Source of the DNA: Hydrolagus colliei
Lineage: Eukaryota
DNA: 64,000 nt
Assembly: GCA_035084275.1 (NCBI GenBank)
Contig: CM068743.1
Location: forward strand, 42,160,001-42,224,000
Reading direction: 5' to 3'
Shown: positions 51,865 through 62,255 of the stretch, piece after piece
Position numbering within the stretch: position 1 is the stretch's first letter
Layout of the letters: every line of letters begins with the position of its first letter
Notes under the pieces: model-generated
Told to the model about the DNA's origin: nothing
What the model saw: only the letters and a program-made list of their open reading frames with translations
Databases searched by the model: none
Position numbers and translations under genes: made by a program

Positions 51865-54800
51865 TCAACCAGTAAAAGGTGCTGGCTTGACGTGAGTGGC
51901 GTGAATCCAAGTATTTTGTCCTTTACACTTGACAGCAGTATGGGTTGTTAACAGGACAAGGTATGGTCCTTCCCACCGGGGCTCCAGGCAATTCTTCCTT
52001 CGAAAGACCTTTATGTAGACGTGATCACCAGGAGTGTAATCATGACAGGCGTCTTCAGTCGGTTTCTGCTGGGCAGCCACTACCTTGCGTGTGGGAAGTT
52101 CTAAAAGACTTTGTTAGAGCTACACAATAAGATAACAAAGCTTCATCCATAGCATGGAGAACCATTTGCCTAGTTGTTAATGGGGCGCTAATCGGTAGTC
52201 GTAAAGGACGACCCATAACTATCTCATGAGGAGATAGACCAGATAATCTGTTAGGATTTGAACGCATGAGCATCAATGCAACCGGTAAGGCTTCTGGCCA
52301 TTTCATACCCGTTTCAGCGCATAATTTAGCAATCTTATTTTTCAAAATCCCATTATGTCGCTCCACTGCACCTGTAGACTGTGGATGATAGGGACAAGAA
52401 AAATGCTGTGTACACTGCAAGGCTCTAAGCAATTCTTTAATGATAGTGCCAGTGAAGTGAGGTCCATTGTCACTGGATAAACGCTCTGGCACTCCAAACC
52501 TGGGGACAAAATCTTTAAGTAGAATCTTAGCCACTGTTATTGCATCATTTTTTCTGGTAGGGTAGGCTTCTACCCATCGAGAGAAAACATCCAAAATGAC
52601 TAAAACATAAGTAAAACCCATACATTTAGGCATGTGAATAAAATCCATTTGTAAATGGATAAAAGGTCCCCAAGGCTGCGGCTGTGATGCTGGCTGCACA
52701 GCCGGAGTCTTACCCGCATTATACTTATTACATATAACACACTGCGTACTAATTTTCACAGCCAATTTAGCAAATCCAGGTGCATACCAAGATTGCTGAA
52801 TAATGCTTAACATTCCCCCTTTGCCCGCGTGTGTATACACATGACACATATGGGCAAGCCAGGGCAACAGGCTCTTTGGGGCAACCACGCGGCCGTCGTG
52901 GGATACCCAGAGACCTGACTCGAGTTGAGAGCATCCTGCAGCCTTCCAGAGAGCAACCTCTTCAGAGGGTGACTCAGCCTGGGAATGTAGGAGAGATGAC
53001 AAGGGAGAAAGATTAGACGCAGGTTTAGCAACACATAATTTTACCACAATCCCTGCATTACCACGCGCAGCTGCTTTTGCGGCACGGTCAGCACGGATAT
53101 TACCAAGAGAGATATCATCTGTACCGGTGGTATGGGCGGCACATTTAATAATGGAAATAGATGAAGGTAACTGAAGAGCTTTTAAAAGATTATAAATCAA
53201 TTGTCCATGTTTAACCGTAGTCCCAGAAGAGGTAAGGAAACCACGGGATTGCCAAATAATAGCAAAATCGTGAGCTATTCCAAAGGCATAACGAGAATCA
53301 GTATAAATGTTCACAGACTGGCCATGGGCTACAATACATGCTCGGGTTAAAGCAAATAATTCAGCAGCCTGGGCAGAACATGTTGAAGGCAGTTGGCCTG
53401 ATTCCACAGTTGCGGTGGGAGAACAAATCGAATAACCAGATTGACTTTGGCCGGTGTCGGAACGCAAGCAGGATCCACAGTAAAGAGCTCTAAATCAACG
53501 TTTGTTGAGCATAGTCCCGTAACTCTGGACGAGGCAGTGAGACCGTCTGGGTTATAAGTTCACAATCGTGTGGTTCACCGTCGTCTTCAGTGGGTAAAAG
53601 ATCAGCAGGATTGAGATTGGTACAGCGAAGAATAGTAAGAGAAGGATCAGAAAGAAGAATAGCTTCGTACTTAGTAGTTCGAGCAGCCGTAAGATGTTGA
53701 GTCGCAGAACGAGTTAATAAACAGACAACAGAGTGAGGCACATGAAGAGACAAAGGGTGACCGAGAACCAAGGGTTGACAGGAAACTACAGCATGATAAA
53801 CAGCCGCAACAGCCTTTAAACACCCAGGGAGCGCCTGTGCTACTAGATCAAGACGAACGCTAAAATAAGCGATTGGTCTGTGGCGATCACCATGTAACTG
53901 AGTCAAAACGGAACACGCTTTTCAGATAGCGAACGAGTGCGCTCACTTAAAACATGTCCAAGATACTGAACACTAGGCTGACATAATTGGACTTTAGATT
54001 TCGAAACTTTATGTCCTTTACGGGCCAGTGTTTGGAGGAGAAGGATGGTGTCTGATTCAGAAGAAGCCTGTGAGGGTGATGCAAGAAGCAAATCATCAAC
54101 ATACTGAATCAGCACCGAACCTCCAGGAAATACAATATCCTGTAAATCCTGATGAAGAATGCGAGAGAAAATTGTAGGGCTTTCAGTGTATCCCTGTGGC
54201 AACCTTGTCCACGTATATTGTTTACCCTGATATGTAAAAGCAAACAAATATTGGGAGTCAGGATGTAGGGGAACAGAAAAGAAAGCACCGCAAAGATCGA
54301 TGACAGAATAATATTTAGTACAGGGAGGAATACAACTTAATATAGTCGCAGGGTTAGGAACAACAGGAAAAGCTGGTACCACTGCTGCATTTACCACACG
54401 TAAATCTTGCACGAACCGCCATGTATTTCTTCCCGGTTTCTTGATGGGTAAAATAGGAGTATTACATGGACTCACGGTTGGGATGATTACACCTTGTTGC
54501 AAAAGGTCCTGAATAACTGATTGGATTCCCAATGAAGCTTGCGGGCTTAACGGATATTGCTGTCGTCGAGGAAGTTGCTTAGTGACATCCACCTGGACCA
54601 CGAATGGGGCTGCGGAGAGAACTTTTCCTACCTCATTCGGTCTGGTGGCCCACAAACATGTAGGTACTTGGTCGAATATAATCCTGGTTACATCGTCGGA
54701 GGCCAATTGGTGTCGTTCAAAAATGCCAGTCATAGTTGTAAAAGCTAACGTAAGACAAAATTCATTATTTGGAAAAACAAAAACCTGACCTAAACAGGTA

Positions 54801-55663
54801 GGGATAGTTTGCAAAGGCTTTTGCTGTTGAAGTCGGAAAACCATAGACCCTAAGTCTTTTGGCTCATACCCATCATTTACATAGAGAGTACAGTGAGAAA
54901 CATTAGGGGTGGTTGCTTTGTATATAGCAACTGCTGCTGGCGAAAGATCCACATATAAAGCAATCCCTTCAAGTCCATAGTACATCGTATTTGTGGACAT
55001 AAAAAATGACTGTCCCAATGCACCAGTGTGCTGTTGTGCATAATCAGTGTCGTTTCCTTCTTTATCAAAATAAGCCGTACAATGGAGATGAGAATGCCAT
55101 TTATAAGGTTGAAGAGAAGGCAATAGTAAATAAGGCATTAATGCTGGTAAGTGTATTAAAGTTTGTACTATATGTAAAAGCTCCGAAGATAAAGTTGGAC
55201 TAACAATCTTCCACCACCAAACAATTGGACCTGACAAATCTTGAGCTTCTTGAAGTAAAGCACAAACATAGCCATATTGTTGTTCAGGAACTTGCAAACT
55301 CACACCATCATCAGTACAAACTAAAGTGCATCCAAGTTTACACAGTAAATCTCGTCCGAGTAAATTACAAGGAACACTTTTTGCGAGTAAAAATTTATGT
55401 TCCCCAGTCCACCCATGGATGCTGTACTCCATATTTTCAGAAAAAGGGATAGAAATAGGCTGTCCAGTAAGACCCACAACATTAATTGTGTTACCTGTTG
55501 CTTTAATACCAGGTAAAGTGGAAGGTTTTAGGGTAGAATGTGTCGCTCCTGTATCAATAAGGAAAGGAAGGGAAAGACCCTTAACCATCACAGAACAAAA
55601 AGGCTCATTAGAAAAATTGTCATCATCTCTCTGTGGTAATATACCGTCCGGGTTGTGGCACAG
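51865..55663 (-). pseudogene. pol: pro-pol (protease, extra domain, RT, RNase H, integrase), disrupted
   Basis: LIDTGA...NLLGRDLL protease; LPQG and YVDD RT; AQAAEL/YTDSRYAF RNase H; HHCC, LQMDF, SDNGPHF, AVERHN integrase; WEGPY C-terminus. Lesions: RT thumb deletion ~53910, two frameshifts ~53478-53505, frameshift ~52084. Confidence 0.95.
54707..55228 (-). other. Putative 2H phosphoesterase domain inserted between protease and RT
   Basis: LHCTAY (His codon 55084-55082) and SHCTLY (His codon 54895-54893) are two H-x-T-hydrophobic motifs 63 aa apart in an open frame; boundaries approximate. Confidence 0.7.
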
Positions 55664-56684
55664 TCATTGACAATTATTCTTAGGAGGCGAATTGGGGAAT
55701 GGGGCATTCATAGTAAAAGATGCCCAATTTCCCTGAGGGGTCGCATCAGATGGAGGTGGGGGTTGCATTTGATATCCTCCACTGTGCCCCTGCTGTCCTC
55801 CAGCAGTATTTTTGGGGCATTCTTTAGCCCAATGTCCAGGTTGTTGGCATATATAACATAAACCAGGTTTAGAATTATTATTTCCCCAATTGTTTCCCCA
55901 ATTGTTTCCCCAGCCACGACCACGACCTTGTCCACGTCCCCGGCCACGTCCCCTACCCCGACCCTGATAATTGTTGTAAGGGTTAGGGTTTGGGTGGCCA
56001 AAAGGAGCATACTGGATCAGGACGCGTTCGGGCTTATCTTTGAATTTTTGCTGAATTTGACGTTGACAATGCTGCAGAACGTTAACAACTTCATTCATAG
56101 ACTTAGTCTCATATCCTATACAAGCAGTACAAAACATTTTCCTAATACCAGGTTGCAACCCGTTCACAATAGCACTAATCAAAGCAGGTAATCCAGCTTC
56201 TAGATTAATTCCCGAATACTTTTCAAACACATTCCGAAGACGCTCAACATAATCACCAACATCCTCATCTGATTTTTGTACAGTACAATGGATTTTACCC
56301 CAATCGACATTTTTAGGAAATTGCCCACGCAGCGCTTCGCTAATTCTAACCCACAGTTGTTTCATGTGCTCTTCATTTGGATTATCCTGATCTAATGTCC
56401 AATCACAATTATTTTTAATCTTTTTCCATCTATGATTACCTAAACAAGCATCCAACATTGCTAATTTTTTTTCTAATCGCTTCACGTTTCCTTAGGACGT
56501 CTCCTAAGGCTGTGATACGATCTAAATTCCACGAACCATCTCTTGGGAAACTATTTCCCTCACACCGTGACCATTTTTCCCATTTCTTCACATACTGTAT
56601 ACTACCAGAACCATAATGTACATACATATATGCACATGGAATCCTTTTATTGGGAACCAAATCTTTACAATTACTTTTACCCAT
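55664..56684 (-). pseudogene. gag: gag, frameshifted and probably internally deleted
   Basis: MG N-terminus (myristoylation-type) with FPRDGS; MHR-like QKSDEDVGDYVERL; RG repeats; single CYICQQPGHWAKEC zinc knuckle; frame break ~56465. Confidence 0.9.
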
Positions 56685-56942
56685 GTTTTACTGTAGCCAA
56701 TCAAGACTTCCCAGGAAGAACAATTTTGATAATGCTAAATTTTCTTAAGTCCAATCAACTGCTCAATTGTCAAACAAATATATCTTCTGGTTAATTTACC
56801 AAAAGTATGTCCAATTAACACACCAAAACAATACAAGACAAACAAACACACAATAAACAAGAGTTTCGCGAACAAACCTTCAGTATACTATTAAACCCAT
56901 AGATTGCAATCATCAACAATATATCTATATATATATCATAAA

Positions 56943-57087
56943 GACTGGTTACTTTATGATCGTAGGGCCTGGTTACCCTACGGAATCAGGGACTGGTTAC
57001 CCCAATTCTGAATCAGGGACTGGTTACCCCAATTCTGAGTGCGGACTGGTTACCTCACTCGGAGTGCGGACTGGTTACCTCACTCTC
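56943..57087 (-). repeat. Tandem repeat array in proviral 5' leader (six CTGGTTAC-cored units of ~23-27 nt)
   Basis: Directly visible GGACTGGTTACC repeats. Confidence 0.9.
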
Positions 57088-57212
57088 CTTATACGTATAA
57101 CAGTAAAAACACTTTGTCTATTCAACACTGATGACGTATCCACCCATTCACACACTACACAGGAGACAGACTGGTAAGAGTTGAGAGAAAACTCTGAATC
57201 AACTCGCAATCT

Positions 57213-57221
57213 ACTCACCCT
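57213..57221 (-). promoter_or_regulatory. Candidate major splice donor (AGG|GTGAGT)
   Basis: Consensus donor ~35 nt downstream of the PBS, the usual position for the env mRNA donor. Confidence 0.6.
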
Positions 57222-57253
57222 CCCGTGTAGGCAGAATTCAGGCAGAGTTAGTC

Positions 57254-57271
57254 ATCTCGGTGGAACCTCCA
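57254..57271 (-). promoter_or_regulatory. Primer-binding site, tRNA-Gln (TGGAGGTTCCACCGAGAT)
   Basis: 18-nt complement of the vertebrate tRNA-Gln 3' end (ATCTCGGTGGAACCTCCA), 8 nt inside the 5' LTR boundary. Confidence 0.9.
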
Positions 57272-57279
57272 AAAAGTAC

Positions 57280-57848
57280 TGTCGTGGAATAACTCACAAA
57301 GAGATCAGGTTATTCATGTAAAACACAAACAGTCATTTAATATACTAACGGCCGAAAGGAGAAATACCCTCACAGGTCAGATACCCGAGTTGGTACTTCT
57401 AAAGAACTAACAGAAATACAACGGTTTATATCTTATTCGTTTGCACACCGCATGACAGTAGTATAAGCTCCGTTAACCAATTACAGCAATCCACCTAATC
57501 AATAAAAGTGAATGTGGGAAGAGAGTTGAACTCTATTTACACTAGCCATGGGGTGCAAAAAGGGCAGCATCTATTAAAACAAAACTAGACAACCACAAGT
57601 TGCTAATTGATAGATTACCATTTTCAAAGAAAGAAGTAAATCGTCTTCAATGATCAGGAAGCAATTGATCACCTAAAGAATAACAAGCAGGGAATGTCTA
57701 ATTTACTCAAACACAAGCCTTTCTCCCTTCTTGGTCTGGACTATGTCATACAACTGACGTTTGCTGATATCCCTATTGACCTCTGGAATTTCTAAGGGAG
57801 ACTAAGAAACAGCTAACATGGTTGCCGATGTTTAACATGGTTTCCACA
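57280..57848 (-). repeat. 5' LTR (569 bp)
   Basis: Copy of 49878-50446; TATAAA at 57425-57430 (minus). Confidence 0.96.
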
Positions 57849-58544
57849 GATGTTTGCATGAATTTAAGTGTAATGAGTCAAATGGATTCCTCCACTTCAA
57901 AGAAGACTCTCCCAGCAGCATGTGTTTGGAAATTTAGATACTTTGTGACTTTATTGCATAACTTCATGATCATTGCTGCAAATGATTTATTAGATGTGAA
58001 TTAATACTCATATTGTACCACTTTACGTTGCACTTAAAATGACTGTGGTTTAGGCTGTTGCGAATGGATCTACCATAGCTGATAAAAGCTTTAGTTATAA
58101 CATTGACGTTAACCATAGGAGACAATGGCACACTTTACAGCTCAGTCTGCTTATTGACACAGACATTCATTGATTTTGTTTCACTTCTGATGACCTGGTG
58201 GATTTGCAGACAAAGTGATATCTATATTCTACTCTTTAAATCGCAGATCTCAGTAAACAAACTAGCTCAGTGTGATTTGGGATTCTTTTTGCATGCTCCA
58301 AAGAAAGTAATCTGACAAGAAGGTGTTTGGAACAAATAAGTGTGCATAAATAATAATAATAATCCTTGCGTTTGATATAGCATTTCATCATGCTGTTGAA
58401 AAGTCTCAAAGAGCATTAAAGGATATAATATGAAGGATATATTATAATTTCAGCATCTTAGGACATCCTCCCCATGTGAAAGGCACCATACAAATGTAAT
58501 TTTGCAGTTGTTGTAATATAAAGTGGATTGACTGATTATTTTAG

Positions 58545-58875
58545 AAGTGAAACACAGTAGCCAGTTTACACACATCAATCTTCTACAGAAATAAGTGAGC
58601 AATTGTTATTTGGGTGATTTGCTGGCTGGGACACCGGGAGAAACTATTTTCCCTTTTTGGACAGTGCAATGTGATATTTAACATCCACCTTAACAGGCAG
58701 ATTGGACCTTGGTTTACTGTCTCATCTGAAGGACGACACTTTCAACAATGCAACACCACCCCCAGCGCTGCATTGGAGTGAAGTTTACAGCTTGAACTGT
58801 ATGATTCTAAATCCTAATGTGGGGCTTGTACCAACAACCTTCTGACTCAGAGACTACAACTGTGCTAGGCTGATA
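58545..58875 (-). mobile_element. Deu-domain-type SINE (SacSINE1-like)
   Basis: Reverse head TCTCTGAGTCAGAAGGTTGTTGGTACAAGCCCCAC and core GTCCTTCAGATGAGACAGTAAACCAAGGTCC. Confidence 0.65.
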
Positions 58876-60288
58876 GGCAAATGAGAAAAAAGAAATGGTC
58901 AGGTAGCTAAGATTCACATTGCAGTTTTTGGATATCCCCCATTGTAAATACTTAGCTAGAATGAAAACTCTCAGAAGGAAAGCTCTCAGAAATCACTCAC
59001 CCAAATCCAACTCTTCAAATCAGAGTCAGCTTTGACCTTTTAGTTGTGATGGAGCTCCTTTCAACAGGGAATTATTACAGAGGACATTAATGCCCAAAGC
59101 AGTATGATTCCTGCACCCCAATAAATAAAACTTTCTCACAACAATATTTTCTATTTTAGTTTCACATTTGGAAAACATTCTAATTGGATAAGGGAGTATC
59201 TCACTGCTGTAATACAGTTTATTTCCTAAAATGCCTTCCAGATCCTCTAATTATAATGTTTTCAATACAATGACTAAAGTCCTGATTTTACAATTGTAGA
59301 ATGTTGCACATCACTCCAATTGTTAGGATTCCATCAAAGGCTCCCTTTGCCAAAGACTCAATTTTACCAAGCAACAGAGAACCTATCCATCAAGCTAGGA
59401 AAAATCACTAAACTGGTTGACTTATTATCCCCAACAGATTGTAATATAAATTATGATGCTGTTCCTTTTTTTTAAGGTAAAATTTTAAGATCAGTGCAGA
59501 TGAAGTTGATCTTTTTGGGGAAGGGTGGATTTCAGAAACATTATACAGTATGTGGTAGATCAAAGTGAATTTCTGAACTGTTTTGCTTATACCATCTCTT
59601 ATTTCAGACTATCAAAGGCAGCGGTATCAGACAGGACTAGTTCAATTAAATGTCCCTGCAGGATATCTAACTCTGTTATTTGAACAGCTATCACCCATAC
59701 AATGTTTATTCTTTCCTAGATGTGTATTTCCTACATTAGAACATAATATTGATATCACTTATTGAGACTCTGAATTTGGTTTGGATTCTCTTAAGTACAG
59801 TGGTGGAAAAAACTTGACAAGAGAATTGTTTCATTTTCTGAACAATATTCCTCTTTCCTGCCCTCTGAAACATCACAAAATTGTTTTTCCATTAGTAAGA
59901 TACTTGCTGTGAAAGACCTAATTAACATAATGTCAAAGGTGTAACTTGTGCCCAGCACATTAATAAAATGAATGCAATCTGTGATTATTTGTCAGAATGA
60001 ATGATTACTTGTGTGTTTCTCTGTACTGAAAACTGTGTGTATGTGTTTCAATACTTACACCAGAAGATGGAGCAAAAGCTCCCTGCCATTTTAGTTGAAG
60101 CCTCTACCTTTAATTGTGCAGAACAGAAATGAATTTGTCTGTGTAAGTCACCATGATTAATCATGAAACGTTTTTTTTAAAAACAGCTATGCTTGAAATG
60201 TTGTTCCTTCAAGAAGGGTATTCAGGAGAAATGGGGGTCATAATCTTTTTCTTTGGTCAGCCAGGAACTGTGGAAATCCATTGCTATA

Positions 60289-60992
60289 CAATTCGTCCTT
60301 GCTTAACGTCACAGTTAGTTCTTGAAAAGTGCGACTTTAAGCAAAATAACGTTAAGCGAACCCATTTCCCCCCTAAAAATTAATGTATAAACTGAAGTTA
60401 GGTTCTTTCGGACATTTTTCATCAAACTTTTGCTAAAAAAAATTATAAGTTGAAATACATGTACATTCATAAATGTGAAATATATAATATTTGTAAACAG
60501 TGTAAATAACATAACAGTCATCAAGATGCTTGCGGAGCTTGCTTATAGCAGTTGGTTGGGGTGGAGGGGTGAGTAGTAGAGCACTCTGCTTATATCAACT
60601 GCCCGTTCTCCGGCATCAAATGTGTTAAAACATCTAATTTCATTTTGAGTTAATAGTTTTCCTGTATTTTTTACTACCAGAGTCACAACTGTCACTTCCT
60701 GGTTGTTTTTGACTCATGTTTATAGAGGATTGCACAAATAAATCACGATAAAAAAATTACCAATATCACACCTGCACACAAACTTAAAATTGTGACGTTA
60801 AGACTCAGGATGGATGCTGCATAAGAATACTTTGTACTGCCCAAAGTGTAGTGAGCAGTACAGTTCATTTCCACCGACTGGTGAACAACATAATAGCGAA
60901 TGTTGCAACGTTAAATGGATATATGTTCCCCTATGTATCAGCAATGTAATAACAAAACAACGTTGACCGAAACGTTAAACAAGGTCTACCTG
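60289..60992. mobile_element. Tigger-like non-autonomous DNA transposon
   Basis: TA-flanked imperfect TIRs CAATTCGTCCTTGCTTAACGT / ACGTTAAACAAGGTCTACCTG. Confidence 0.7.
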
Positions 60993-61034
60993 TACTTAAG
61001 AATATCTAAAGCAGATTGATAGATTCATATACCT

Positions 61035-61370
61035 GGAGCTCCTGTGGCTTAGTGGTTAGAGCACTTGTCTTGCAAGCTGGGGAGACCAAGCTGGGGAGAC
61101 CTGTGTTCGAATCCAGGCAGGTCAGGGCGAAACCTTGGGCAAGTTTCCTTACTCCACTTGCCTAATAATAATCCGTCAAAAAAAAACACAATAATAAAAT
61201 TGGTCATTTCAATCCACAACTGTTTGTGGGACAATGCTGTGCGCAATTGGCTGCCGCGATTCACCCACAAATATACAGTCAATATTCACTTTACAGTATA
61301 TTCTGTGAAGCGCTTTGGGACGTCGATAGGATGTGGAAAGTGCTATATCAAATGCAAGGATTATTATTAT
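61035..61370 (+). mobile_element. tRNA-derived SINE (young subfamily)
   Basis: Full length; GTTCGAATCC B box; AAGCTGGGGAGACC duplication. Confidence 0.92.
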
Positions 61371-62059
61371 CAACTATGCATTGAAATGTCTTTGCATCTG
61401 AATTGGGATGTGTACTATCTTCCTGAGAAGATGCACCCTATATTGAATTCCAACAATTATCAGGTGCATTTTGTTGAGAGCCAAGGCTTGGATACCAGCA
61501 TATACATTGGGTACTACCAGAGTTTAACCAGCTAAAACAATGTAGACTTAGCAAACCAACTACTGCAACTATCACAAAGGATTTGCTAAATTCTAGCAAA
61601 CACGTGATAATTGCAGTCAGTTCAGCTCAAAGAAGATTCCATCTTACTCCACTGCCAAGAATAGAGACACTAAGGTAAACCATGCATAAATCATGTGTAA
61701 ATATGAGTCCTGAAGTAACTACAGGTACATTTCAATATGTAATGAATAACCAGTGAAAAGTATTGATTGCAAATTGCATAACGAAGAACACTTATAATTT
61801 GCTTTAAGCAGCTTTACCTTGCATTTAAAACATCAACCTGCATTAACATCATGCCCTGCATGTGGGGTGATATTCTGATATCATGATAGATCTATATCAC
61901 TCCATTCACATAAAAGAAAGTGTCAAAATGCTTGACAAATCTAGTCATGAATACAAGTGATGGAACATTGGGACAAGCTCATTAATTAGTCTGGTACTCC
62001 ACTTTTATGCAATATTGGAAGAGCAGTGACTTGTTATGGTGCCCTTCTCCAAATAAGTC

Positions 62060-62255
62060 ACTAAAACCAAGATCTCATCTCTTTGTTCAAGGTTAGGGTA
62101 AATATCCCATGGTACTGTTCAAGTAGAAAAATAAACATCTCCTGGTAGACTTGCAAACACTCTTCCAGAATTGGTCATTCTAGCTGTTTATTGTTTATTG
62201 TTGTTGTTTATGGGACCTTACTGCGGGCAGAAATGGCTACCACATTTGATCATAA
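62060..62255 (+). mobile_element. Deu-type SINE body fragment
   Basis: ATCCCATGGTACTGTTCAAG and TTGTTTATGGGACCTTACTG..AAATGGCTACC motifs. Confidence 0.5.

Larger units (their letters stand above)
49878..57848 (-). mobile_element. Class I (epsilon/gamma-like) endogenous retrovirus, internally deleted provirus, 7,971 bp
   Basis: Paired TG..CA LTRs, 4-bp TSD GATG (49874-49877, 57849-57852), PBS, PPT, gag-pro-pol-env order, LPQG/YVDD RT, gamma-type env. Confidence 0.97.

Noticed and set aside
56943-57087. Repeat-spacer pattern resembling a CRISPR array
   Set aside because: Eukaryotic proviral leader; units are too short, the spacers are related to each other, and there are no cas genes.
60058-60088. 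AAAATGG start, MAGSFCSIFW and GTAAGT donor on the minus strand (leader-exon-like)
   Set aside because: Too short to distinguish from chance; no downstream exon found.
61035-61110. tRNA-like sequences at SINE heads
   Set aside because: They continue into the SINE body and lack a proper acceptor stem, so they are not tRNA genes.
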